A stretch of DNA of 64,000 bases from Octopus vulgaris. Its lineage: Eukaryota. Below the pieces are notes generated by a model that saw only the letters and a program-made list of their open reading frames with translations, had not been told where the DNA came from and searched no databases. A program made the translations under genes and the position numbers. Below, piece by piece: positions 47,439-63,797 of this stretch (positions are counted from its first letter, which is position 1; each line of letters starts with the position of its first letter). The DNA is taken from the NCBI GenBank assembly GCA_951406725.2, contig OX597840.1, forward strand, positions 2,418,001 through 2,482,000, in the 5' to 3' direction.

Positions 47439-47801
47439 GTTAGTAAATCATACCTATTCTTAACTTATATGTTTATCATAAATATTTATTTGTATCACGG
47501 GATAATTCAGGATACTTCCCAGTTGTCTATTATGTACATATGTTTGTGCGTGAACGCGTCTATGCAGGTATTTGTATACAGATTTCAATATATATATATA
47601 TGTGTGTATGCATGTATGCTTATATGAAATATACAATATTTAATGCCGGAACTCCAATTCGGTAAAGTTTCGACTAACATGTAGAATGTTGAGTAAACCC
47701 CCCCCCACCTTGTATGGAAAGAAGTGAAAAACTGCCCGTGGAAGCCTAATGCTTGGGGATATGTGGGAATATTTACATACGCACACACACAGACACATAC
47801 A

Positions 47802-47872
<71 letters not shown>

Positions 47873-48055
47873 GTGTGCATATATATATATGCATCTATCT
47901 ATACTCGCATTCTGAAAAGATTTACTTACTCCAGTAAATCGAAACGATCGTAAATGCTACCCTCACCTCTGCTTCTTCCTTCTTTGTTACCTATTTAATT
48001 AAAGACATAGCAGGGGAAAACCACGAATTTCCCATTGATATACCAATTTTTCTCT

Positions 48056-48108
<53 letters not shown>

Positions 48109-48910
48109 GTATATATATATTTAGTTGCTATATCAAAGAAGCTGAACATTGGCAGCAGAAGTGCACTTAGGATCTTGGAGTGGATGCTGCCCGCCCTATT
48201 AGAGTTTAAGTGCCAAAACACTTGTCTCAGGGGAATTGCTTCTCTGAAGATTTTCTGCTGTTCATCTTTCTTGAAAGTTTCGTATCACTGTGTGTACATA
48301 GTTGTGTGTGTGTGTGTTTGTATGTATGTATGCGTCCGTGTGTGTGTGTGTGTGTACGTGTTTGCCTAGTTTCTCTCTTGCTGCCTTTACATCCATATGT
48401 ACCGTAACTAAATTCAGGTCTACGTTATAATATGCAGAGATGAAAATTATGAAAATTTTGTGTGTATGTGTGAGAGAAAAAGAGTGACAAAAAAGGAAGA
48501 AAGAAACAAAAAGCAAATGGAGAGTGAATGGCATATTGAATAGTAAAAACAAATACTCTCTTCGGGAATGAAACACCGTAGGTTTTGGTTATATCGAGAA
48601 CATTATTCCATAATTACATATAATGCAACGAAAATAAATACATTATACACTACAGAAAAGATTTACGTACGTTCACTCAAGAGGCGAGTAATAGCACCCA
48701 CGTTTTTCCTTCAAACATATTACATAAATTTTCGCAGATCATGCTCCTTCGACTCTACACTCTAATACAGTATGTAACAAGTTATTAGATTAGCCTTTCT
48801 GTAACCGATCGGCAAGGTAATCCAGTGGATTTTATAACAAATGGATAATAAATGGATGTAATAACAATGGGAAACTCGTGGTTTACGCTGATATGTCTTT
48901 AATTAAATAG

Positions 48911-48971
48911 GTAATAAAGAAGGAAGAAGCAGAGATAAGGGTGGCATCTACGATCGTTTCGATTCACTGGA
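48911..48971 (+). CDS. candidate exon (61 bp): xNKEGRSRDKGGIYDRFDSL
   Basis: AATAG| acceptor, GA|GTAAGT donor; phase-compatible with 47364-47438; inverted paralogous copy at 47930-47990. Confidence 0.35.
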
Positions 48972-49010
48972 GTAAGTAGATCTCATCAAAATACGAGTCT
49001 TGATAGATGC

Positions 49011-49065
<55 letters not shown>

Positions 49066-49287
49066 TATATATATGTATGTGTGTGTGTGTGTGTGTAAAT
49101 ATTCTTTGCGTCAGTCCTGATATGTATCGTTATTTTAGTCTTTCCTTTTGTCACCAACTTTTCAAGACTTTATTTTCTCATCGAATTTCGAAAAAAGTTG
49201 TTTGTTCCTTATCCTTATCTTCAGGTATATTCTGGTTATTACTGCTGGTTGACCGACTTCAAAGTTTGTTATGTTCTCTGTATATTA

Positions 49288-49519
49288 TATTTCTTTACTG
49301 CACACAAGGGGCTAAACATAGAGGGAACAAACAAGGGCAGACAAAGGGATTACGTCGATTACATCGACCTCAGTGCGAAACTGGTACTTAATTTATCGAC
49401 CCCGAAAGGATGAAAGGCAAAGTCGACTTCGGCGGAATTTGAACTCAGAACGTAACGACAGACGAAATACCGCTAAGCGTTTCGCCCGGCGTGCTAACGA
49501 TTCTGCCAGCTCGCCGCCT
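49288..49519 (-). mobile_element. SINE family B, full length
   Basis: Match to family B. Confidence 0.9.
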
Positions 49520-50109
49520 TCGTGTTCTCTGTATATCAAAACACATTTGTGGCATAAAAAATGCTTTTCACATACCTCTTGATGTCGCAGGTTACAATGC
49601 TATATCTTAACAAAAAAGAAACGAATGCATTTAACTTCTCTTGAATAACGGAAACTCACACTCAGTAATATAGATTTGATTTCTACTACGTTGTAAGATG
49701 CGATATTTAGAGCAGAAACAACATTGGTCATAAATCTACTCGGCAAAACCTTACCAGGAAATAAACACCAACAAAATTATTATAAAATTCACCAATTCAT
49801 TAGAACATTCGATGTAATGCCTTATGGAGTGAGTACAGCTTTTTAGTCCAGATCCAACATTTCACATCTGCGTTTCGTCCTTTTGTGGTTAATATATTAA
49901 TTACCCAGCCAATACAGGGTCCAATACACCTTTCTTTTATCCCTTCTTTCTTCATTTTCTCTCATTCTTCCTCAATTTCGTAATAATTGTTTCGGTCTGC
50001 ATAACTTGGCTACCTTCAAAATTTGCAAAGGTGGGCTTCCATAATGAAAGGCCCTCTGCATGCATGTCCTTCCATATTGTGCTAGACTGTGATATTTATT
50101 TCCGATTTC

Positions 50110-51005
50110 TTATTTCTTTACTGCCCATAAGTGGCTACACACAGAGGGGACAAACAAGGACAGACAAACGGATTAAGTCGATTACATCGACCTCAGTGTG
50201 CAACTGGTACTTAATTTATCGATCCCGAAAGGATGAAAGCCAAAGTCGACTTCGGTTGAATTTGAACTCAGAACGCAACGGGAGACGAAATATCTATTTC
50301 TTTACTACCCACAAGGGGCAAAACACAGAGAGGACAAACAAGGACAGACAAAGGGACTAAGTCGATTACATCGACCCCAGTGCGTAAATGGTACTTAATT
50401 TATCGACCCCGAAAGGATGAAAGGCATAGTCGACCTCAGTGGAATTTGAACGCAGAACGTAACGACAGACGGAATACCGCTAAGCATTTCGCCCGGCGTG
50501 CTAACGTTTCTGCCAGCTCACCGCCTTGGTTCTGTCATATCTTTACCTCAACCACAACACCGACAACAAGAACAAGAACAAGGACGACAGCAACAAAAAC
50601 AATGATTCTTCCAACTATAGGCAGAACTCCTGATATAGAAAAGCTAGTCGATTACACCAACCCCTATTTTTAACTGGTATGTACTTTATCGTTCTCGAAC
50701 GGGATGAGGGCAAAGTCTATCTCGGCAAAATTTGAACTCAGATCGTAAAGACGGGCCAAATGTCGCTAAACATTTTGTCCAGCGTGCTATAACGATTCTG
50801 CTTGCTCGCTGCCTTAAAACCAACAATAATAGTTTCATATTTTGACAAAAGGCCAGAAATTTCCATTTAGGGGCTAAATCAATTTCATTGACCCCAGAGT
50901 TCGATTGGTACTTATTTTATCGGTCCCGAACGGATGAACAACAAAGTCGACCGGCAAAGAACCGCTAAGCTTTTTGTCCAACGTGTGAAGGATTCACGCC
51001 CCCTT
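50110..51005 (-). mobile_element. SINE family B dimer plus two older copies
   Basis: Match to family B. Confidence 0.85.
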
Positions 51006-51293
51006 AAAAACAATAATGATAAACCTTTCTCTTATTGGCCATATGGCCCCTAGACATTGAGGGCATTATCAAACGACTAATTTACACATACTCCTCAACA
51101 GTCCCTGTGCTACCATTCATCGATCAAAACAATACACTATAAATATATAGTTATGACAATAGGATATTAAACTAGAATTGAGAAAATTAATTAATAAATA
51201 GAATAATCAGTAATAGGGGGCGAGCCATTTAGGTTAATTCAGACAAAACTCAGTCAAGAAATCCTTGGTTATTCTTCTGATTACAAGGCAATA

Positions 51294-51516
51294 TACTCTT
51301 TTACTCTCTTTTACTCTTTTACTTATTGCAGTCATTTGACTGCGGCCAAGCTGGAGCACCGCCTTTTGTCGAGCAAATCGACCCCAGAACTTATTCTTTG
51401 TATGCCTAGCACTTGTGCTATCGGTCTCCTTTACCGAACCGCTAAGTTACGGGGACGTAAACACACCAGCATCAGTTGTCAAGCGATGTTGGGGGACAAA
51501 CACAGACTCACAAACT

Positions 51517-51588
<72 letters not shown>

Positions 51589-51729
51589 TATATACGATGG
51601 GCCTCTTTCAGTTTCCGTCTACCAAATCCACTCACAAGGCTTTTATCGGCCCGAGGCTAGAGTAGAAGACACTTGCCCAAGGTGCCACGCAATGGGACTG
51701 AACCCAGAACCATGTGGTTGGTAAGCAAG
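51294..51729 (-). mobile_element. SINE family A, 5'-truncated
   Basis: Match to family A. Confidence 0.88.
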
Positions 51730-52481
51730 ATGTACCATCTTCCAGTTTCTTTCCTTCTACTTTGAAAAGCACACTCAGTCTGGGTCCTTCCAAACTCACT
51801 GGACTTGCCACTCTCATCGACTTCATTTTCAACTAAAAGGCTGTATTTCCCACCCAACAATTTCCTTGAAGAAGACGAAGCTGAAGTAGGAGGAGGGGAG
51901 AAGTAGAAGGAGGAGAAAGAAGAGAGAGAGAAGGAAAAGAACTACAGCAACAACAACAACAGACATGACAACAATAACAGCTACAACAATACAAAGACAA
52001 TTCTTCCTTTCTTCGGTTGCGGAATTGGAAACAGTTTTAAGGTTTTGGACCTGTATAACCCTTGTCAAGAAAAAAACGAAAAATAAATAAATGAGTAAAA
52101 ATAAGACTCACTCTCCACAAAAAAACTGTATTTTTTGTTCTTTTGCTTTGCTTTATTTTAAAATTTATTATTTTTTATTTATTTCTTGTTGTTACTACTA
52201 TCCACTGACGACTGTAAAATCAATAAGAAAAAACACATCGATTAAAATTAATATTGGGAAATAAATCAGTTTCGCTTCTATGATTACAGTCTGTAGTGTT
52301 TGAATATCATTTTTCACTAGTGTTTTTTTGTTGTTTGTTTTTTTTTGTTTTTTTTTGTTTCATCTTTTTTTTTTGTTTTTAATTTTTTCTCAACGGTCTT
52401 GGTCGCCTTCACTGTAATAATGTGTTGTGTAATGATTTAGAAGACGTGTAAATCTGTGTATAGCTGTCTAAAATGTGTGTG

Positions 52482-52525
<44 letters not shown>

Positions 52526-52547
52526 TGAATATCTGTGTATGGCTGCG

Positions 52548-52682
52548 TATGACTATGCATTGCTCTGCTTAGCTCTGTATTGCGGTGTGTATACATATAC
52601 ACACATATATATATTTATATATATATGTCTGTGTGTATATGTATACACACTGCAATACAGAGCTAAGCAGAGCAATGCATAG

Positions 52683-52687
<5 letters not shown>
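52548..52687. repeat. 58-bp-arm inverted repeat
   Basis: 52548-52605 versus 52630-52687, one mismatch (a G-U pair in RNA). Confidence 0.85.
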
Positions 52688-52726
<39 letters not shown>

Positions 52727-53075
52727 TTATATATATATGTAATATATATATATATATATATGTGTGTGTGTATAAATGTGTGCGCACGGTGTTTTGATGA
52801 ATATGGCTGGGTATCTCTGTAAAGAGCTGTGTCTGGAAGTGTGTAGCTGTATTAAGTATGGGTGCATCTGTGTGTAGAAGTGTATGACTACGTATGACTA
52901 TGTATAGTTGTGTGTAGAGGAATGTTAGCACGGAGTGTTGAGGAGTATGGCTGTGTATACTTGTGTACAATTAGTCTAGCTGCGTATAGCTGCATATATA
53001 TATATAGCTCTGTATTGCTGTGTAAATGTGTGTACATTTGCGTGTAGATATGTATGAGTGTGTATGGCTTTGTTA

Positions 53076-53353
53076 AGGCGGCGAGCTGGCAGAAACGTTT
53101 GCACGCCGGGCGAATTGCGTAGCCGTATTTCGTCTGCCGCTACGTTCTAAGTTCAAATTCCGCCGAGGTCGACTTTGCCTTTCATCCATTCGGGGTCGAT
53201 TAAATGAGTACCAGTTACGCACTGGGGTCGATGTAATTGACTTAATCCGTTTGTCTATCCTTGTTTGTCCCTTCTTTATTTAACCCCTTGTGGATAGTAA
53301 AGAGATAGGTATTTCGTCTCCCGTTACGTTCTGAGTTCAAATTCCGCCGAGGT
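53076..53353 (+). mobile_element. SINE family B plus partial second unit
   Basis: Match to family B. Confidence 0.9.
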
Positions 53354-53354
53354 C

Positions 53355-54551
53355 TGTAACCAGGAAACTACCTGCAACCATTTCCGTGCGATCGTATGAA
53401 TGAATGAAAATCAGAAACGCATTTTCGCCTTAATCAGACCGATCCATTTCATGACCATACTGTAACTTGCTATGAAAAGTGGATTATGTACAATAATAAC
53501 AAACGTTCTTCATATTGGTTGGACCAAAATGGGGAACTGAAAACCTTCCCTTAACAAGAGCACTTCAAAAAAAAATGTTATGGTGATAATTTGGTGGTTT
53601 ACTTCTGGACTCATCCACTATATATTATTTTATTTTATCTAGTTTCAGCTCACGAGCTGTGGTCATGCTGAGGCACCGCCATTTGGTGTTGCTACATGAT
53701 TTTTCTTCACGAATGCTTTTTAGCAATTGCCATTTGGTGCATGAGAGAGTTCGATGCAACTGCCTTCTTCTGCACCTCCTGCCGTGAAGTTGCATCCACC
53801 CCATGCAGGTCTCTCGGGTTCTTCGGGAGGATATTGAAGAGGTGTGGACCTTTGAAGCCGAGGCTATCACAGTATCTTTTCCTACATCTTGATGGCAAAT
53901 TTGGAGTCTTTGGCACTATGCAGTGGCGCCCATACAGTTCTATATTTAAGAGATGAGGAATTCTGTACATTATTTACGTTATTTACATTCGACGGATACA
54001 AGATGAGGACAAATATCCGTCGAATGTAAATAATGTAAATAATGTCAACCACTATAACTTCTTAAAACCCGGAAAAACTAATACTGCAGAAACTTAATAC
54101 CATGAAATTGCAAAAATGAATGTAAATCTCAAACTCCTCCGTCCCAGACTGGTCAACAGAAGACGGCCAATCACTCTTCATAACAATGTTCGACCATACG
54201 TTTCACTAATGATGATCCAGAATTTGAGGGAACTTGGCTACGAAGTTCTTCCCCACCCAGCATATTTTCCAGACCTTTCTGTTAACGTCTACCACTTTTT
54301 CAAGCACCTTGATGGTTACCTGGGAGAGAAGGATTAGAAAATTCAAACCGATGCTGAAAGTGCATTCGAGGAGTTCTTCGGCTCCAGAATTCCAGATTCT
54401 TATGTCATTAGAATAAACAAACTCGTAACTCATTGGCAAATATGTTTTAATTGTAAAGGTACTTACATTGATGAATAAAATTTCTGCATTGTTGAAATAT
54501 ATTGTGATGAATTTCATGTTTCAAAACGTTGCTTACCTTTTACTCAGCCTG
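53355..54551 (+). mobile_element. decayed mariner transposon, split by a LINE/PLE insertion
   Basis: VTCYEKWIMYNN, LHNNVRPY and LPHPAYFPDLSVNVYHFFKHL motifs; right TIR ..TTTTACTCAGCCTGA-TA. Confidence 0.88.
53623..54048 (-). mobile_element. LINE 3' end joined to a folded Penelope-like fragment
   Basis: TSD CCACTATA at 53615-22 and 54049-56; GRHCIVP...SLGFKGPHLFNILP C-terminal motif; (TAAAA)n tail; 53935-54046 matches 19990-20075. Confidence 0.8.
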
Positions 54552-54589
54552 ATATATATATATCTTTGCCTTTCACAGCCATACTCCGT

Positions 54590-54760
54590 GCTAACTCAGA
54601 ACGTAACGGGAGACGAAATACCTATCTCTTTACTACCCACAAGGGGTTAAATACAGAGGGGACAAACAAGGATAGACAAACGAATTAAGTCAATTACATC
54701 TACCCCAGTGCGTAACTAGTACTCATTTAATCGACCCCGAAAGGATGAAAGGCAAAGTCG
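54590..54760 (-). mobile_element. SINE family B multimer fragment
   Basis: Contains the tail-to-internal junction. Confidence 0.8.
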
Positions 54761-54979
54761 GTGAGAGGGTGAGTGCATGTGCATGTGTGTGTACTTGTGT
54801 GTTTCTGTGCGTGTGCGTATGTATATATGAAAGCATAAAATTATATTTTCAGTAACTACTTAACCATAATTGGTATATGTGAAACCGGTCGACTACGTAA
54901 ATATTTTATTTCATAAAATTATATATATATATATATATCTTTATTTTGCCAACACCAAGTATCTTTGTATTTAGCTATT

Positions 54980-58810
<3,831 letters not shown>

Positions 58811-59002
58811 TTGCGCGTTTTGTTAGCTCTTTTGATTAAGTAAAACTAATAATTTTCTAAACGATCGCGTATTACGTTTACATTCATATCTTTCATTTTT
58901 CCCCCCGATTTTTCTGCCTCAAATTCTTTTTTTCTCTCTCTTCCCATCACTCATACTCTTATTTTTCTCTTAATTTTACCCTCAATGACTTGCTGTAGCT
59001 GT

Positions 59003-59368
59003 GTTGCTGTTGCTGTTGAGCGTAGCGGTCTTCGTCCTAGTGGCAGAAATCCAAAACGTGGTCCTTTGCTATTCGTAAGACTCGCAGAAGAGAAAGCAGG
59101 TCAACCCCCGACACCGAGAGCATCGACGGATGGATGAATACGCATCCAGGCTCCGCGATTGCGTAGGAAGTCGGGGACAAGAAACAGGAAGAAAAAGTGA
59201 GAGAAAGTTGGAGCGAAAGAGTACAACAGGGGTCGCCACCACCCCCTGCCGGAGCCTCGGGAAGCTTTCGGTGTTTTCGTCCAATAAACACACAACGCCC
59301 GGTTTGGGAATCGAAACCGCGATCCTCCGACCGTACGTCCGCTGCCCTAACCATTGGGCCATTGAGCC
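59003..59368 (-). mobile_element. tRNA-derived SINE family D with (CAACAG)n tail
   Basis: A-box TGGCCCAATGGTTAGGG, B-box GGTTTCGATTCC; CpG-rich. Confidence 0.75.
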
Positions 59369-59613
59369 TCTATGCTGTAGCTCTTCTGATCTCTATCATT
59401 CACTCCGTGTTTTAAATGCCTACGTTGACGTATCAACGTTTTGTTTTTACTTGTGTATGTGTAAGTTACGTTCAGATTTTGACACAAGACCTGCAAATTA
59501 CGGGACGGGGCTTTGCGCATTACATCGACCCCACTGCTCAAGTGCTACTTATTTTATCGACCCTGAAGGGATGAAGGCCAATGTTAACCACGTCGGAATT
59601 TAACTTGAATGAG

Positions 59614-59657
<44 letters not shown>

Positions 59658-59668
<11 letters not shown>

Positions 59669-59905
59669 GAGGGCATTATTACACATAAATGCCTCACACT
59701 AAGAGGGACATAAGTCATTACTACCAAAATTTTGTGCCTCTTAGTGTGAGGCATTTATGTGTAATAATGCCCTCTATATAATATAAATTAATATGTTCAA
59801 AAGAAAAAATTATTTTCGAATTTTTCTCTTATGAGGTTTTCACGCTAACTACCTGATAATTTCTTGTTAAGATTCCTTATTAAGAAGTTATCCTTAATTG
59901 TTATA
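59658..59905. mobile_element. fold-back element in (TA)n, probably a Penelope-like terminus
   Basis: 49-bp perfect arms at 59658-59706 and 59737-59785. Confidence 0.55.
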
Positions 59906-59942
59906 TATATATACAGTATATATATACATATATATATATATA

Positions 59943-60090
59943 TACCGGAGTAAACACATAAATGTGAAAAAAAGAGTACTCAAATACAAGTGGTAGTGTA
60001 ATATGCTTTATTTGAAGCAGCAGAAAATTCAACAAAAACTGTTACTCTGAGTTTCAAGTTGCCGTTCGTCGGACAGTTTTTGCTAGAATA
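59943..60090 (-). mobile_element. Penelope-like pLTR with hammerhead motif
   Basis: Minus strand AAAACTGT-CCGACGA-ACGGCAACTT-GAAA-CTCAGAG-TA-ACAGTTTT; 8-bp stem I; U4C change in the core. Confidence 0.72.
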
Positions 60091-60156
60091 TATATATATT
60101 GGTGCTTGCATGCACGTATATATACACATACAGTAGCACACTCACACAGAAATACA

Positions 60157-60192
<36 letters not shown>

Positions 60193-60194
<2 letters not shown>

Positions 60195-60693
60195 GTAAAT
60201 CGTCCACCCTTTAGTATAATACGCAGGGGCTTTTTAGGGGGCTGTACGTCTGAAAAACCTAAACCTTGTGTATAATATGCACCCCTTCTCTAACTTGAGT
60301 CAAAGAGGTCTATATAACGTCCTTGGTTTGTAAAAATGTATACGGTAACATCCTGTATTATTATTGTATATATAACATAATGCAAACGTGTAGCTTTTTT
60401 GTGCATTTTGTTTGCAGAAAATAAAGAAATAACAGTAATAACGTTTAATAAATGTTGCTAACTGCAAGTTATGGATGATTCTTTTATGACTTCATTGCTT
60501 TCAGGCTTAGCTTAAGGTATTTTCGCGCCCGACATCACATAATACGTGTGAATAAACATTACCGGACATCAAATAGAGACTCGGACATTGCTTAGAAAAT
60601 AATTTTCATTTTTAACCTCGTATATAGTACGCACTAGGGATTTTGACCTTTAAATTTTGGGAAAGAATGCGGATTATACTGGAGGATTTACGG
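60193..60693. mobile_element. pogo/Tigger-like MITE
   Basis: TIRs CCGTAAATC..AGTATAATACGCA / TGCGGATTATACT..GATTTACGG-TA. Confidence 0.7.
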
Positions 60694-60856
60694 TATATAT
60701 ATTTCGTCGTCGTCGTAGCCCTCGGCTTTATCTCATATCCGAGAATTTAGATTCTTCTTTGCTGAACGCTTTCTTGCTTGTAATGGCGTTCATGACTCTG
60801 TATACAAATTATTGCATAAAGATTCGATGGCATTTAGTGCATGGTAATGTTGGTTG

Positions 60857-61180
60857 AGGCTCATGGTTCAGTGGTTAGAGCGTCGAGCGAGGTTGTGATA
60901 TCGAATGCCGGACCAGGCTGCGTGTTGTGTTCTTCAGCAAGACACTTTATTTCACGTTGCTCCCGTTCACACAGCTGTAGAAATGAGTTGCGACGTCAGA
61001 GGTGCCAAGCTGTATCGGCGCCTTTGCCTTACGTTTGGATAACACTGGCGGCGTGGAGAGGGGAGGCCGGTATGCATGGGTGACTGCTGGTCTTTCATAA
61101 ACAACCTTGCCCGGACTTGTGCCTGGGAGGGTAACTGTCTAGGTGCAATCCCACGGTCAGTCATGACCAAAGGGAGTCCC
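60857..61180 (+). mobile_element. SINE family C
   Basis: Matches 6552-6885. Confidence 0.8.
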
Positions 61181-61194
61181 AGCAGCAGCAATGT

Positions 61195-61560
61195 TGGTAG
61201 AAGTTGAGGTTGATTTTGTTTAGCCTTTCTGATCTTCGGAGATCTTTGATCAAATCCAGTGAATTTCAGTATTGATTTGAGTTCGTCTTTTTACCTTCAA
61301 AGAGGGCATCCCTGTGGTCTTTTCCTCTGAAATGAATTCACTGAATAAAATTTGACATGGCACCGTTGACATTTCCATTGTTGCTACACGCTCTGAACAT
61401 CGAAGATGGTCTTTCAGAGTCAGCGATTCGATGCTTTGACTGTTGGCTCTGTCCAATATATTTTTGTTGGTCACATTGTGTTTCTATTTGATGCTGAAGA
61501 TAGAACGAGACTTTTGTTGGTGAATGCATTCTAACTTTTGGAAGTTGCGACTATATAGAG
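61195..61560 (-). mobile_element. decayed RTE LINE C-terminal fragment
   Basis: TNKNILDRANSQSIE...HLRCSERVATM...PCQILFSE resembles the RTE post-RT region. Confidence 0.75.
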
Positions 61561-61661
61561 CCCACTTGTATATATATATATTAGCATGCATGTTCTTTAT
61601 ACAAACACACGCATGGATACATATCCATGTGTGCGTAAATATATGTACATACACGTAGGTT

Positions 61662-61715
<54 letters not shown>

Positions 61716-61762
61716 CAGTGAGACAGACAGACAGGCAGATGAATAGACAGACACACAGATTG

Positions 61763-61835
<73 letters not shown>

Positions 61836-61839
<4 letters not shown>

Positions 61840-62356
61840 GGTATGTAGAAAAATACAACATGGACAAGAACGTATAACTCTTAGAAGACGATACAATAAA
61901 CACGGACAGGACATTCGAAACCCTCAGTCTTCAGACAAGAACCGGATCATCGTAGTAATTTCGGCTGATTAATCTTGAGATTACTAGATCACGGCCAGCC
62001 CTCCAAGAAAAACTAAGCAACGAGCATTAGAAAAACTAAGCTGCAAGCGTAGATTTCCTGGAAGAAGGATCGAATGCATACGAACACCAGGACAGCAAAA
62101 GGGACAGATATAAAAAAACAAAAACAATAATGGAATACAGAAACATGAAATACAGAAGCATTAACGGTGAAAACAACAAGTGTCTTACGACTGATAACAA
62201 GCAAACAAATTTTTTCTCTGGCGCATTGGAAGGAGCCTTTATAGCGGCGGACGAAAAACAACGATGTTAACGTGACGATGGTCAGAAGCTGAAAGGCAGA
62301 TTTCAGCCAGCAGTCACGTGACAGAGAAGAGAGAAAAGAAAAGAAAGAGAAGCAAA

Positions 62357-62390
<34 letters not shown>

Positions 62391-62821
62391 CAAACGCAAC
62401 AAAGAGAGAGAAGAGAGAGAAAGAAGGAATCAGAGAGGAGAAGGGATGGGTGTCGAAGATTGACCTGTGAGTGCAGAGCGAGACAAAGAAATAGGAGGGT
62501 AGTGGAAGATTAGACCAAAGAATCAGAGGAAAGAGAAGAGAAAAAGAGGATGAGTAGAGAGAAAAGAGAGGAGAGAGAAGAGAGAGAGAAGGGGACAGAT
62601 CAAGTAAAAATGAGAGAGAGAGAGAGACAAACAGAGAGTCGTACCAATTATTAAGAATATGTGCTCACATTAATGTTAAGAGGGTACGGGGCGCCTGGAA
62701 TATATGTTAAGGTATGTAGAAAAATACAACATGGACAAGAACGTATAACTCTTAGAAGACGATACAATAAACACGGACAGGACATTCGAAACCCTCAGTC
62801 TTCAGACAAGAACCGGATCAT
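61836..62821 (-). mobile_element. element bounded by identical 115-bp direct repeats (Penelope-like tandem pLTR)
   Basis: 61836-61950 equals 62707-62821; sits in (TA)n; strong purine bias inside. Confidence 0.65.
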
Positions 62822-62833
62822 ATATATATATAT

Positions 62834-62926
<93 letters not shown>

Positions 62927-63352
62927 CAGACAGATAGACAGATAGAGTGACTGACAGACAGATGCTTACACACATACATACATATATGTATATGTATTCA
63001 TATTTCTAAATTTATTAAGATTTTTATGAAACCTACTGAGATATTCAATGGAGAAAAAAATCAGTTCTTTGAAGAAATCTTTGCTGCCATTGTAACTCCG
63101 AGAAACACCAGAATCCATTCTTGAACTTTTAACTTTTGTACAAGGTTCTCCTAATTATGCCATTGCAATATTTCAATGATCTTTGAAATTGTATAGCGTC
63201 ACTGCAAAATTAATTACTGTAGCTTTTCTTCTTTTACATTTAATGGTTACTTTGGTTTAAATTGTATTTGCTCTGCGCATGTGATATATGATTTTAAGAT
63301 GGTGAACTAGTTGAAGCGTTACCGCGTCGGACAAAATGCTGAGCAACATATC

Positions 63353-63602
63353 TATTTCGTTACTACCCACAAGGGGCTAAACACAAAAAGGACAAACAAG
63401 GACAGACAAATGGATTAAGTCGATTATATCGACCCCAGTGCGCAACTGGTACTTATTTAATCGACCCCGAAAGGATGAAAGGCAAAGTCGACCTCGGCGG
63501 AATTTGAAGGTCGACTTTGCCTTTCATCCTTTCGGGGTCGATTAAATAAGTACCAGTTGCGCACTGGGGTCGATATAATCGACTTAATCCGTTTGTCTGT
63601 CC
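63353..63602. mobile_element. SINE family B fold-back pair
   Basis: 63399-63494 is the inverse of 63508-63602. Confidence 0.85.
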
Positions 63603-63797
63603 GTATCATCTGTGCGTACATTTTGACTTGAAATGACGCCGATGTCGACTTTGTATGTAAGACTATATGTATTTTTGTCCCTACCATTACTTGACAACTG
63701 GTGTTGGCGTGTTTACGTCATTGTAATATAGCGATTCTGCGAAAGAGTGATATAGATACGAAGTGATATCAAAAACTTCCGGGGCTAGTTATGTTTA

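Noticed and set aside
59290-59368. Apparent tRNA genes at SINE heads
   Set aside because: They continue into SINE bodies and tails and lack complete cloverleaves
61900-61945. HHR in the 115-bp direct repeat (minus-strand CTGAAGA..CGAA)
   Set aside because: No GAAA box and no consistent stems
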